Shown: positions 1 through 6,981 of the stretch, in pieces
How positions within the stretch are numbered: the first letter of the stretch is position 1
How the letters are laid out: every line of letters starts with the position of its first letter
Assembly (NCBI GenBank): GCA_964514965.1
Contig: CAZETV010000001.1
Span: forward strand, 963,063 to 995,062
Direction: 5' to 3'
Origin: Candidatus Hadarchaeota archaeon
Lineage (GTDB): Archaea; Hadarchaeota; Hadarchaeia; Hadarchaeales; Hadarchaeaceae
Length of the DNA stretch: 32,000 nt
Notes under the pieces: generated by a model
The model's database searches: none
What the model saw: the letters and a program-made list of their open reading frames with translations, nothing else
Told to the model about the DNA's origin: nothing
Position numbers and translations under genes: made by a program

Positions 1-461
1 TCGGCGGGGACAATATCGCCTAGACGGACGCGAACAACATCTCCCGGCACGAGTTCCTTGGCAGGCAATTGAATCCATTTGCCATCGCGCAAAACCCTCG
101 CATTTGGGGCTAGTTTCTGTTTCAATAATTCAATGGCATTTTCTGCCTTGTGCTCCTGCCAGAACCCGACTACCCCGTTCAGAACCAGCAGGGAAAAGAT
201 TATCACAAAGTCCTCCCAGCGCCCGATAGCTGCCGAGATTACCAGTGCAACTTCGATCATCCACGGTATCGGGCCCCAGAAATAGCCCAGAAACTTGAGA
301 TAGGGGTTTACCTTCTTTTCAAGTAGCTCATTAGGACCGTATTGCTCCAGCCGACTCTTTGCCTCTGAAGAGGAAAGTCCCTTTTCGCTGGAGGAAAGTT
401 TCTTAAACAGTTCATCTATACTGATACCTTTCGCATCTTGTGCCTTCATCGTACTTTTCAT
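1..461 (-). CDS. P-type ATPase, plasma-membrane H+-ATPase-like (P3A type), N-terminal ~153 codons; gene continues past the window start
   Basis: Absent from the ORF track because it runs off the edge. My reverse-strand translation from ATG at 461 gives [72 protein letters not shown]...[33 protein letters not shown]. The GLSSxEAxxRLxx[16 protein letters not shown] and LVPGDxVxxxLGDIxPAD blocks are hallmark N-terminal/actuator motifs of this family. Confidence 0.85.
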   Translation of the reverse strand, partial: [153 protein letters not shown]

Positions 462-509
462 GGGATAAACGCCTCTTAAGTAGCTTTTATCATATCCTCT
501 TGCTGATGA

Positions 510-743
510 TTACTTCACAGTTATGCATGTGCAGTGAGCATGATTACATACTTTAGTTGAAACGCTCCCCATAAACACCTTTGAGAACCTACCCTGACCG
601 CGATTCCCCATAACTATCAGGCCCACTCTCTTCTTTTTTGCCAAAGCAAGAGTCAATTCAACCGCTTTCTTAGAATGTTCTGAACCATCCAATGCAACTA
701 GTATCCTACGCAGGGAGAATTTTACAAGCTTCTTGTTTTTCAA
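510..743 (-). CDS. Universal stress protein (UspA family), unusually short; the central part of the domain is missing in frame
   Basis: 77 aa. The N-terminus ILVALDGSEHSKKAVE and the C-terminus GLIVMGNRGQGRFSKVFMGSVSTKVCNHAHCTCITV (G-x2-G-x9-GS nucleotide loop) are both Usp hallmarks. They are joined directly, whereas Usp domains are normally ~140 aa. Confidence 0.6.
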   Translation of the reverse strand: MKNKKLVKFSLRRILVALDGSEHSKKAVELTLALAKKKRVGLIVMGNRGQGRFSKVFMGSVSTKVCNHAHCTCITVK

Positions 744-779
744 TAACTGACCCTTTTTTATTATATGGATATTAGCTTA

Positions 780-1604
780 TTAAGCATAAATTCTGGATTT
801 GGATATTTTTCTGGCTTCTTCCATAATTTTATTCAAACTGTCTTGAGGCAATTCTGTCATTTTTTTCAGGCGCTCAAATCCGTAGTCGAGCAGATCCTTT
901 GTCAGCATTATCCCTGCTTGAAACAATCGATCCTTCGCGAACCCCTTGACAGACCTCAAAATTGTAATAGGATAAATTTTCTTCTCCTCTATCATCCTCT
1001 CCAAGCTCTCCATTCGCGGGTGTCTCCAGCTCGTGATTTTCAAGCCGGCGCATCTTGCATACTTCCTCGCCTCACCCGTTAATTTGGTATTGCAGACCAG
1101 CCAGGCGTGGTCAAAATCATCGCCTAAATCCAAGAATCTCGCGTGGGTGTACATGGCAACTTTCAAATCGGTGTATATCCCGAGGGCGTTGTGGTACTTG
1201 CACTCCACCAGATAACGTTTGGCGTCCTTTTCCGCGACGATGTCAATCTCGTGGTCAACACACTTGCCCCGGATGACCTGCCCCACCTTGGTCTTGTAGC
1301 CGTAATTTTGAAGCAGTTCGGCGACGAACTTTTCAAAGGGGAAACCGGTGGGGCCGAGGGTCATGATCGCCCTCTTCAGGTCGTATCTGATGGCGGCTTC
1401 CGGTTCCTTTTTGAGCAGTTTGAGGGTGAGGTTCAGGACCTCTCTGGTGGTTATCCCGTCGTAGGCTCTCTTCTCGACTTCTTTCGCGATCCTATCGGCC
1501 AGCTCTCTTGATGCCCCCGCCCTCAGGCAGGTTTTCCTGACCTTTTCGACATCGAGTTCTTCTTTTTCCCCCGATGCCTTTATCACGTACATTTCGACAC
1601 TCAT
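780..1604 (-). CDS. ATP-cone domain fused to an Mrr-type (PD-(D/E)xK) restriction-endonuclease domain plus a C-terminal helical domain
   Basis: Track ORF 780..1727. I trim the start to the ATG at 1604 (MSVEMYVIKASGEKEELDVEKVRKT...), because the 41-codon extension is low-complexity and overlaps a repeat. MYVIKASGEKEELDVEKVRKTCLRAG...ITTREV matches the ATP-cone pattern. FEKFVAELLQNYGYKTKVGQVIRGKCVDHEIDIVAEKDAKRYLVECKYH matches the Mrr catalytic core (D...ExK). Confidence 0.75.
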   Translation of the reverse strand: MSVEMYVIKASGEKEELDVEKVRKTCLRAGASRELADRIAKEVEKRAYDGITTREVLNLTLKLLKKEPEAAIRYDLKRAIMTLGPTGFPFEKFVAELLQNYGYKTKVGQVIRGKCVDHEIDIVAEKDAKRYLVECKYHNALGIYTDLKVAMYTHARFLDLGDDFDHAWLVCNTKLTGEARKYARCAGLKITSWRHPRMESLERMIEEKKIYPITILRSVKGFAKDRLFQAGIMLTKDLLDYGFERLKKMTELPQDSLNKIMEEARKISKSRIYA

Positions 1605-1708
1605 GCTTACGATTTCACGCGAATGGATAAATTTTTCGCAATAGGTGTAAAAATAACTGAAATTCAAGACGCTTGAATTCAGCAGATGATGGAGATATTT
1701 AGGATGGA

Positions 1709-1745
1709 GGTACAAACCTGGGTTCAAACTCTTAATACCACACCA
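1709..1745 (+). repeat. Left copy of an imperfect ~37-bp direct repeat (GGTACAAACCTGGGTTCAAACTCTTAATACCACACCA)
   Basis: Aligns with 3402..3437 (GGTACAAATCCGGTACAAACTCTTAATATCGCACCA), 31 identical columns of 37 with one 1-nt gap by hand alignment. Each copy contains two tandem GGTACAAA-like 11-mers. An inverted GGGTACAAATCC lies at 1847..1858. Confidence 0.65.
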
Positions 1746-1778
1746 TATGCATTCTGAAGTAGTTTAGGCATTTTCAGA

Positions 1779-1798
1779 GGAGATTTCCGGAAATCTCC
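1779..1798. promoter_or_regulatory. 20-bp perfect palindrome GGAGATTTCCGGAAATCTCC, candidate operator in a divergent intergenic region
   Basis: The sequence is its own reverse complement. It lies between the divergent genes 780..1604(-) and 1980..2369(+). A 14/15 match to one arm plus centre (GGAGATTTCCCGAAA) occurs at 6877..6891. Confidence 0.5.
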
Positions 1799-1979
1799 CA
1801 GAATTTTGCTGGAAATTTTTTGGAGATAAAAAGTGGCTAAACTTCTGGATTTGTACCCACACTAATCGTTTTGAGGACCATGCATAAGTATAAATTCCTA
1901 GCCGAGAATCTACCGTTGAAAAAAGATTAATAAAACGAAAACTGTATATAGTTATTGTTGCGTATTATCTAAAGATAGT

Positions 1980-2369
1980 ATGCAAGCTGAAGAGCAGATT
2001 GTGGAGATGTTAAAGAGGATCAGCGAGGACCTCCATGCCATTAGAAGGCACACCAACCGCTTAGTTAGGGACTCCTACAGACATGAGCTAGAAAGGATTG
2101 CGAGCACCCCTGAACGTCAAGAAATATGGCGCCTATGCGATGGAACACTGAGCACCGAAGAGATAGCGAAAAGAGTGGGAATATCTGTAAGAACTGTTCA
2201 ATACTTCGTCCAAGAAGCCGAGAAGGCGGGGCTACTGGTTTCGGTAAGGAGAAGTTATTCAAGAAGAACTGAGGATTATGACGAGATTCCTTCAGAATGG
2301 AAACCGTACAAAAAGCATACATTGCCAAAAGAGGTGGCGACTGAACAATCGTTAAGGAGGGAGTTATGA
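1980..2369 (+). CDS. Helix-turn-helix DNA-binding protein (unassigned family)
   Basis: 129 aa. LSTEEIAKRVGISVRTVQYFVQEAEKAGLLV is a typical HTH/winged-helix segment, preceded by a helical N-terminus (VEMLKRISEDLHAIRRH). The stop abuts the next ATG (TGA-ATG at 2367-2372). Confidence 0.5.
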   Translation: MQAEEQIVEMLKRISEDLHAIRRHTNRLVRDSYRHELERIASTPERQEIWRLCDGTLSTEEIAKRVGISVRTVQYFVQEAEKAGLLVSVRRSYSRRTEDYDEIPSEWKPYKKHTLPKEVATEQSLRREL

Positions 2370-2741
2370 ATGAGTTTGGAAGCCAGAGATGACCAGAAGA
2401 AGGTCATTGAACTACTGAGCGAACTCGCAAAATGGACAAGGTTCGAAGGAGTTCAGAAGGCCCGCCAAGTTCTCATGGAAACTCTAAAGAAAGACTCAGA
2501 GAAGCTTGCCTATCATTATAGTGACGGACGAGGTTCAGCCGAAGTGGCTAAGCTTACTGGTATTAGTGATTTCGCGGTCAGAAGTTACTGGAAAAAGTGG
2601 GCAACACTTGGGCTAGTCGTCCCCTCTGAGAAGTTTAAGGGTAGATATAAGCGGGTTTTTTCATTGGAAGACCTTGGTATTGAACTACCTTTGAAAAAGC
2701 AGAAGGGGACAACAGAGAAAAGCCCGGAGGTGAAATTGTGA
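2370..2741 (+). CDS. Helix-turn-helix protein, paralogue-like of the preceding ORF
   Basis: 123 aa with the same layout as the preceding ORF: N-terminal helix VIELLSELAKWTRFE, then SAEVAKLTGISDFAVRSYWKKWATLGLVV. Compare xEEIAKRVGISVRTVQYFVQEAEKAGLLV in the upstream ORF. A GGAGG lies 11 nt before the following start. Confidence 0.5.
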   Translation: MSLEARDDQKKVIELLSELAKWTRFEGVQKARQVLMETLKKDSEKLAYHYSDGRGSAEVAKLTGISDFAVRSYWKKWATLGLVVPSEKFKGRYKRVFSLEDLGIELPLKKQKGTTEKSPEVKL

Positions 2742-2881
2742 TGACAAACGCCAAATCCATGTCGCAATTTGAAACATTGATGCTGGACAAGCTAGACCAA
2801 CTTATAGAGAGGTTGAATTCATACCAATTTCTCTCCCTAGAAAAATGGCTGACGCTAAGCAAATTACCGTTGACGACATAG
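2741..2881 (+). CDS. Small hypothetical ORF (46 aa), translationally coupled
   Basis: Below the track cutoff. The ATG at 2741 overlaps the upstream TGA by 1 nt (gTGATG), and GGAGG lies at 2726-2730. Translation: MTNAKSMSQFETLMLDKLDQLIERLNSYQFLSLEKWLTLSKLPLTT. Its 3' end overlaps the ATG at 2845 of the next ORF. No family recognised. Confidence 0.3.
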   Translation: MTNAKSMSQFETLMLDKLDQLIERLNSYQFLSLEKWLTLSKLPLTT

Positions 2882-3354
2882 ACTCATTCTCTAGGGTTCG
2901 GAATCAACCATCAAACCAAGATGCCATCCCTATCGATGAAAGGATGTTCAAAGAGGGATTAAAGAGAATCTTAGGAGAGGAAGGAAATTTCCAAGATTGG
3001 GGCGGAGAGTCTGATGATTTATTTTCAACACGCTTAATGATGAAAGGAGAAAGGAGGAACGTGGCCTTTGGACTAAAAGGAAAAGGAACAACAGGCATAC
3101 TCACTCCTAAGAAAATGGGAAAACGGGGCGATCAGATACAAAAGCTTTTCAGGGCACCGGCGGATGTCTTCATAGTTCAGTACTGGAATCAAATCGATGA
3201 GAGCATCATTGAGCAAATGAAAAATTTCGCCATTGCGAAATCCGTATTGGAACAGAGAAGAATCTATCATGGAGTGATTGATGGAAAAGATACCCAGCGT
3301 ATTATTGCAAATTATCCTGAGTTTTTCTTGAATGTCCAGTCTGCTACAAATTAA
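2845..3354 (+). CDS. Hypothetical protein with a restriction-endonuclease-like (Mrr/PD-(D/E)xK-type) core; family unassigned
   Basis: 169 aa. The layout FKEGLKRILGEEGNFQDWGGESDDLFS...RRNVAFGLKGKG...DVFIVQY follows the helix / acidic strand / x-x-K strand / strand order of Mrr-type nuclease cores, with GLK in place of E/QxK. Coding status is likely; the function is inferred from pattern only. Confidence 0.4.
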   Translation: MADAKQITVDDIDSFSRVRNQPSNQDAIPIDERMFKEGLKRILGEEGNFQDWGGESDDLFSTRLMMKGERRNVAFGLKGKGTTGILTPKKMGKRGDQIQKLFRAPADVFIVQYWNQIDESIIEQMKNFAIAKSVLEQRRIYHGVIDGKDTQRIIANYPEFFLNVQSATN

Positions 3355-3401
3355 ATTAATGTCAGAACGAAAGAAAGTGAGTAGGAAGATTTATTCTAGA
3401 G

Positions 3402-3437
3402 GGTACAAATCCGGTACAAACTCTTAATATCGCACCA
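3402..3437 (+). repeat. Right copy of the ~37-bp imperfect direct repeat
   Basis: GGTACAAATCCGGTACAAACTCTTAATATCGCACCA; see 1709..1745. Lies 48 nt after the stop of ORF 2845..3354. Confidence 0.65.
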
Positions 3438-3539
3438 CTTTGGTGTAGTTAACTTATCCCCTTCTTTTTTTTAACTGCTCTAAAACGAGCGGTGCCTTAG
3501 AGCCACTAGACTTGTATAAGCAAGTGATTAGCGACTTTC

Positions 3540-3567
3540 AAAAAGTCCCCACGGGGCTTGACTTTTT
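3540..3567 (+). terminator. Imperfect GC-cored hairpin followed by T5 (AAAAAGTCCCCACGGGGCTTGACTTTTT)
   Basis: AAAAAGTC (3540-3547) pairs with GACTTTTT (3560-3567), and CCCC pairs with GGGG inside. A third arm GACTTT at 3533-3538 allows an alternative pairing. A role as terminator or protein-binding site is not established. Confidence 0.3.
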
Positions 3568-3612
3568 AAACACGTGCCCTATTTTTTAAACAGACTCCGT
3601 GGAGGCTGAAAG

Positions 3613-4296
3613 ATGAAATCAGAAAAGATTAGGACTGTCACGATAATAGGCGGTACAGTCACCGTTTTTGTAGTTGTTGTCGCTTTAGGTTATTTACTTA
3701 ATATTCCAATTTCTGAGAGTCTTCTTATTATTGCTATTCTCACCTTCGCTTTTACAACTTGGCAGACATATTTAGCGAGAAAAGCATTGCGTGGGGAGAC
3801 TTACGAAAGACCTCCGCTTAGACGAGTGGGCTTCCTTAAACCTTTGCCCAAATATGAATCTGATGTTGGGCATGATAATCGCGTTCGTTTTAATAAAATG
3901 GTTGAGGGAGACAATTGGATTTTCGAGGAAGTTACACTTCCAAAAAATAGCCAAGTAAATCTAGCAATTACTTGGTGCACCAAAGAAAAACAGTCCTTAC
4001 AACACGTGCGAGTGGGTTTTGGATTGGGACACAAAGTGAAACCAAGAATTGTTAGAAGCGTGCCTTGGTGGGCTGCTAAAGATATCAATCCTCTAAAACC
4101 CATCGAATACATCGACCTAGATGGTTATTATCACATTGAATATCGGATTTCTCGAAAGTTCGGAAAAGGGGCTCCGTTTATTGCTGGATTCAGGATTGAA
4201 ACTGGAAGTCGCAGAGAGTATCGTTTCTGTGTTAACGTATACTCTGAAGAAGCGAAAGAGTCATTCGAGAAGATTTTGAAGGTCACCGTAGAGTGA
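3613..4296 (+). CDS. Membrane-anchored hypothetical protein (two N-terminal TM helices plus a beta-rich C-terminal domain)
   Basis: 227 aa. GGAGG lies 8 nt upstream of the ATG. Hydrophobic segments TVTIIGGTVTVFVVVVALGYLL and LLIIAILTFAFTTW. No recognisable family. Confidence 0.6.
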   Translation: MKSEKIRTVTIIGGTVTVFVVVVALGYLLNIPISESLLIIAILTFAFTTWQTYLARKALRGETYERPPLRRVGFLKPLPKYESDVGHDNRVRFNKMVEGDNWIFEEVTLPKNSQVNLAITWCTKEKQSLQHVRVGFGLGHKVKPRIVRSVPWWAAKDINPLKPIEYIDLDGYYHIEYRISRKFGKGAPFIAGFRIETGSRREYRFCVNVYSEEAKESFEKILKVTVE

Positions 4297-4365
4297 TGAC
4301 ATCTTGGAGATGATTACCTGCGATATCGAGTCAAGATTGGTCACCATAAACATGGCGGGTCTAGC

Positions 4366-5169
4366 ATGGACAGGTTTAGAAAGTTTATCAAATTTGTCAG
4401 GCGCGAGCCTAGAAATAAAACCCATTATTCAAAACCCGAGAAAGACATTTGGCAAATTAATCTTATCAAATCAATTGAAAAAGAAGAGCGCGTGAGAATC
4501 AAACTCACTAATACATCAGTGCCCCACTATCGTTGGTTCTTTGACGAGATTCGCCTCCCACTTCGTAACATCGAAAATGCCAGCAAGAAAGATTTGCTGT
4601 CAACAACTTATCACGAAGTGGGACACGCAAAGACGAAAATAAAAAGCGTAATAGATTTTTTTGCAATCTTAATGACATCTCTTGTTTCAATCGCGTCCGC
4701 ATTTATAGCTCTAGGTATACTTGCCCTGCGTTCGTCGCCTTTTTGGGGGATGTTTATTGCGGTTTACCTCCTGATTTTGGTTCTTATCCTTCCGTTGATA
4801 ATGGTAGTAGTGTTACTCCGACCTATTAGAGGGGCTTTCGTTGGTTCGGTTATTTTCACGTTATACCTACTTATCCCAATTATTCTCGCTCCGTTCTCAT
4901 CTTTTATCGTGGTTTTCTTCAGTGCGGCGTTCTCAGCACTCTTTGCCGCATCCGTGAGGCTAAAGGACTCAGTTTCTGAATGGCGGGCTGATATTTTTGC
5001 GGCCAAGAAAATTGGTGCAGAGCGACACTTCAAAGCTAAGCCATGGTGGACAAAAGCTCGCCGCAAGAAAATTACATCGTGGCAACGTTTTTGGTTCAAA
5101 ATTTTTATGCCGTATTATGTTTGCTCGCTTGAAAAGCGGATTTCAATCATTTCGAAACACTTAAAATAA
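4366..5169 (+). CDS. Polytopic membrane metallopeptidase-like protein (M48/HtpX-like HExxH ... ExxAD arrangement)
   Basis: 267 aa. It has YHEVGHAK (HExxH), then about four hydrophobic helices, then SEWRADIFAAKKIG. That last block matches the ExxAD third-ligand helix of M48-type peptidases. Confidence 0.5.
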   Translation: MDRFRKFIKFVRREPRNKTHYSKPEKDIWQINLIKSIEKEERVRIKLTNTSVPHYRWFFDEIRLPLRNIENASKKDLLSTTYHEVGHAKTKIKSVIDFFAILMTSLVSIASAFIALGILALRSSPFWGMFIAVYLLILVLILPLIMVVVLLRPIRGAFVGSVIFTLYLLIPIILAPFSSFIVVFFSAAFSALFAASVRLKDSVSEWRADIFAAKKIGAERHFKAKPWWTKARRKKITSWQRFWFKIFMPYYVCSLEKRISIISKHLK

Positions 5170-5257
5170 ATCTGGCGGTGGAACCTCCCAGATGACTCAG
5201 CCGGAGTATCTACAATATTTTTTTCGAAAATAAACAGTAGGTCCACTAAGTTGTGCG

Positions 5258-6058
5258 TTAGGAGTGTATTGGCACACTTTCATGTTGTCTTATTAATTTT
5301 AAACTCATTTCTAACATGAGATGAATTAAAAAGACACATTCATCTACTCCAAGATTTTCCAAATTCCGGCCATGAGCAGGATCTGATATTTCACCATAAA
5401 GACCTTTCATAATTTTGCTTATATTTGCAGATAGTTGAATTTCTCTTTCGAGAACATCAAAGTTACTTCTCATAACCGTACTTACAGCCCTATTACGCGC
5501 TCTCAGAATTTCTTTTACCAGATGCTCATACCCTGCTCTAAAGTTGACTAATGCAAGTTGGAAATTTTTTGATATCGACTCGAACCCCCTCCCGAACAAC
5601 CTTAAACTAAGGTTGAAACCATTTTTTTGCAAACATTTTTTTAATTCATTTACTTCTTCTGGAAGTTTTTTAGTAGGCATTGTTCCAAGCGGTATGAGCC
5701 CAGCATTTTCATCATACTTAAAACCATCTCTTACTAAACACTGATTGATTAGCTTAATGTTATTTGACCAGGGGATAATCATCTTAATGTTAGCCCTGAT
5801 TAACTCTGTGACAAACGGAATCATATCTTGAATCCTTTCGTTATTATTAAGGTTATGCAGGATAGCCTCTAATTTTGCTACTTTACTAGATGAAGTTTTA
5901 TCTATTCCTTCAAGTAAAGTTGTATAGTCATCTTCAGTTTTTATTATTTCAAGTTTTTTAAGTATTCCTTTGATGCAGTATTCCGTTATATCACTACATT
6001 TTTCGGCGATAATTTGAATTGATGCGGTACTGATTACAGATGAATATTCGTCACTCAA
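5258..6058 (-). CDS. Hypothetical protein with a C-terminal Abi_C-like (HEPN-superfamily) region
   Basis: Track ORF 5258..6169. I prefer the TTG at 6058, preceded by GAGGAGGTAAAA, which removes the 86-nt overlap with the upstream gene. The C-terminal ALVNFRAGYEHLVKEIL...ISKIMKGLYGEISDPAHGRN...DECVFLIHLMLEMSLKLI resembles the Abi_C helix pair with its ...AHG motif. The usual R/N upstream of the His is absent. Confidence 0.45.
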   Translation of the reverse strand: MSDEYSSVISTASIQIIAEKCSDITEYCIKGILKKLEIIKTEDDYTTLLEGIDKTSSSKVAKLEAILHNLNNNERIQDMIPFVTELIRANIKMIIPWSNNIKLINQCLVRDGFKYDENAGLIPLGTMPTKKLPEEVNELKKCLQKNGFNLSLRLFGRGFESISKNFQLALVNFRAGYEHLVKEILRARNRAVSTVMRSNFDVLEREIQLSANISKIMKGLYGEISDPAHGRNLENLGVDECVFLIHLMLEMSLKLIRQHESVPIHS

Positions 6059-6083
6059 TTTTACCTCCTCTTTTGACCATTTT

Positions 6084-6548
6084 CTAATAATACATGAATA
6101 CCAGAATGAAAAAGAGAACAATCCCGCCAATAACCAAAATTGCTGAACGTAGTATTTTATTATTTTCAAGAGATGCGACTAAAGAGTTCTTTTCTATGTT
6201 TAATTGGCCTTTTGCTAACCTAAACTCATTACTTAGTCTTTCCTCAACTTTTCCTGCCATTTTTAATGCTAATTTTTTTGAGCTGAACGAACGTAGAGCT
6301 ATTTTGAAAACACAATACACTAACGCCATAACGATAGCAACTAAGGGTATCAACAAAAGCAAATAAAACTCGAACGTAATATTTTTCGCTAAACTTCTAA
6401 GGATACCGGCCCCTAGAATCACCCCAGCCGCTGTTAAGATTGTTGAAGCTATTTTGGAATTAAACTTATCAAAATACCTATAGCTTTTCATCGCCTGTTC
6501 ATACAAGCGTAGCAGCTTATCTGATTCTTCCTTTTCAGATACTTTCAT
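6084..6548 (-). CDS. Small three-TM membrane protein, unknown function
   Basis: 154 aa. It has a charged N-terminal helix (EESDKLLRLYEQAMKSYRYFDKF), two adjacent TM helices, an amphipathic linker and a C-terminal TM helix (SAILVIGGIVLFFILVFMYY). Confidence 0.55.
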   Translation of the reverse strand: MKVSEKEESDKLLRLYEQAMKSYRYFDKFNSKIASTILTAAGVILGAGILRSLAKNITFEFYLLLLIPLVAIVMALVYCVFKIALRSFSSKKLALKMAGKVEERLSNEFRLAKGQLNIEKNSLVASLENNKILRSAILVIGGIVLFFILVFMYY

Positions 6549-6567
6549 CAGCGCCCCCCAATTTTAT

Positions 6568-6819
6568 TCATTTCGATGCTCGTGTTACCCTAATCTCTTT
6601 TCGCTTTGGATCCACATCTATTCTCAACAAATCTCCTGACTTGAAGGGAAACGCTGAATCCCTAGCGACCTCAGTGGGCACATAGATGAAGAACTTGTCG
6701 TAAACCTGCTCCCCTGTCTTGGTCGGGCGGTTGATTAGCCTACCCTCACCTTTTAACACCAATTTGCCATCCCTCATTGGAACCACAACCATTTGGGCTA
6801 AACATTTTCCGAATACCAC
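6568..6819 (-). CDS. AbrB/SpoVT-like (swapped-hairpin) small DNA-binding protein
   Basis: 83 aa. FIYVPTEVARDSAFPFKSGDLLRIDVDPKRKEIRVT follows the SpoVT-AbrB pattern (xIPkevaexlgl.xGDxlxix...xxixl). The start is uncertain (GTG at 6819 or an internal ATG). Confidence 0.45.
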   Translation of the reverse strand: MVFGKCLAQMVVVPMRDGKLVLKGEGRLINRPTKTGEQVYDKFFIYVPTEVARDSAFPFKSGDLLRIDVDPKRKEIRVTRASK

Positions 6820-6981
6820 ATAGGTAAACTAAATTGGTATCACAAACTATTTAAGTTTGGCCCCGCCAGATTTCAAGGAGATTTCCCGAAAATTGGAGGT
6901 GAGCGAGTTGCACCAGCCAGGCTTCGAGCAAGTCCCCGGGCTCCCGAACGTGCTTCAGCCCGATCAGGATGAGCCTGCGCG

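Noticed and set aside
1719-1745. tRNA-like 3' end (GGGTTCAAACTC...CACACCA), possibly a tRNA gene fragment serving as an att site
   Set aside because: The bases flanking the TTCAAAC loop are not complementary, so there is no T-stem. No acceptor stem or cloverleaf can be drawn. The second repeat copy (3402-3437) has GGTACAAAC instead of GGTTCAAAC. I treat it as part of the direct repeat, not a tRNA.
4304-4495. 63-aa ORF overlapping the start of the M48-like gene
   Set aside because: It is an alternative frame of the 5' end of a longer, motif-supported ORF and has no independent support.
5170-5257. Short inverted repeat ATCTGG...CCAGAT followed by a T7 run between the convergent genes, as a bidirectional terminator
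   Set aside because: Only about 6 bp of clean stem with mismatches inside. It is plausible but too weak to call from sequence alone.
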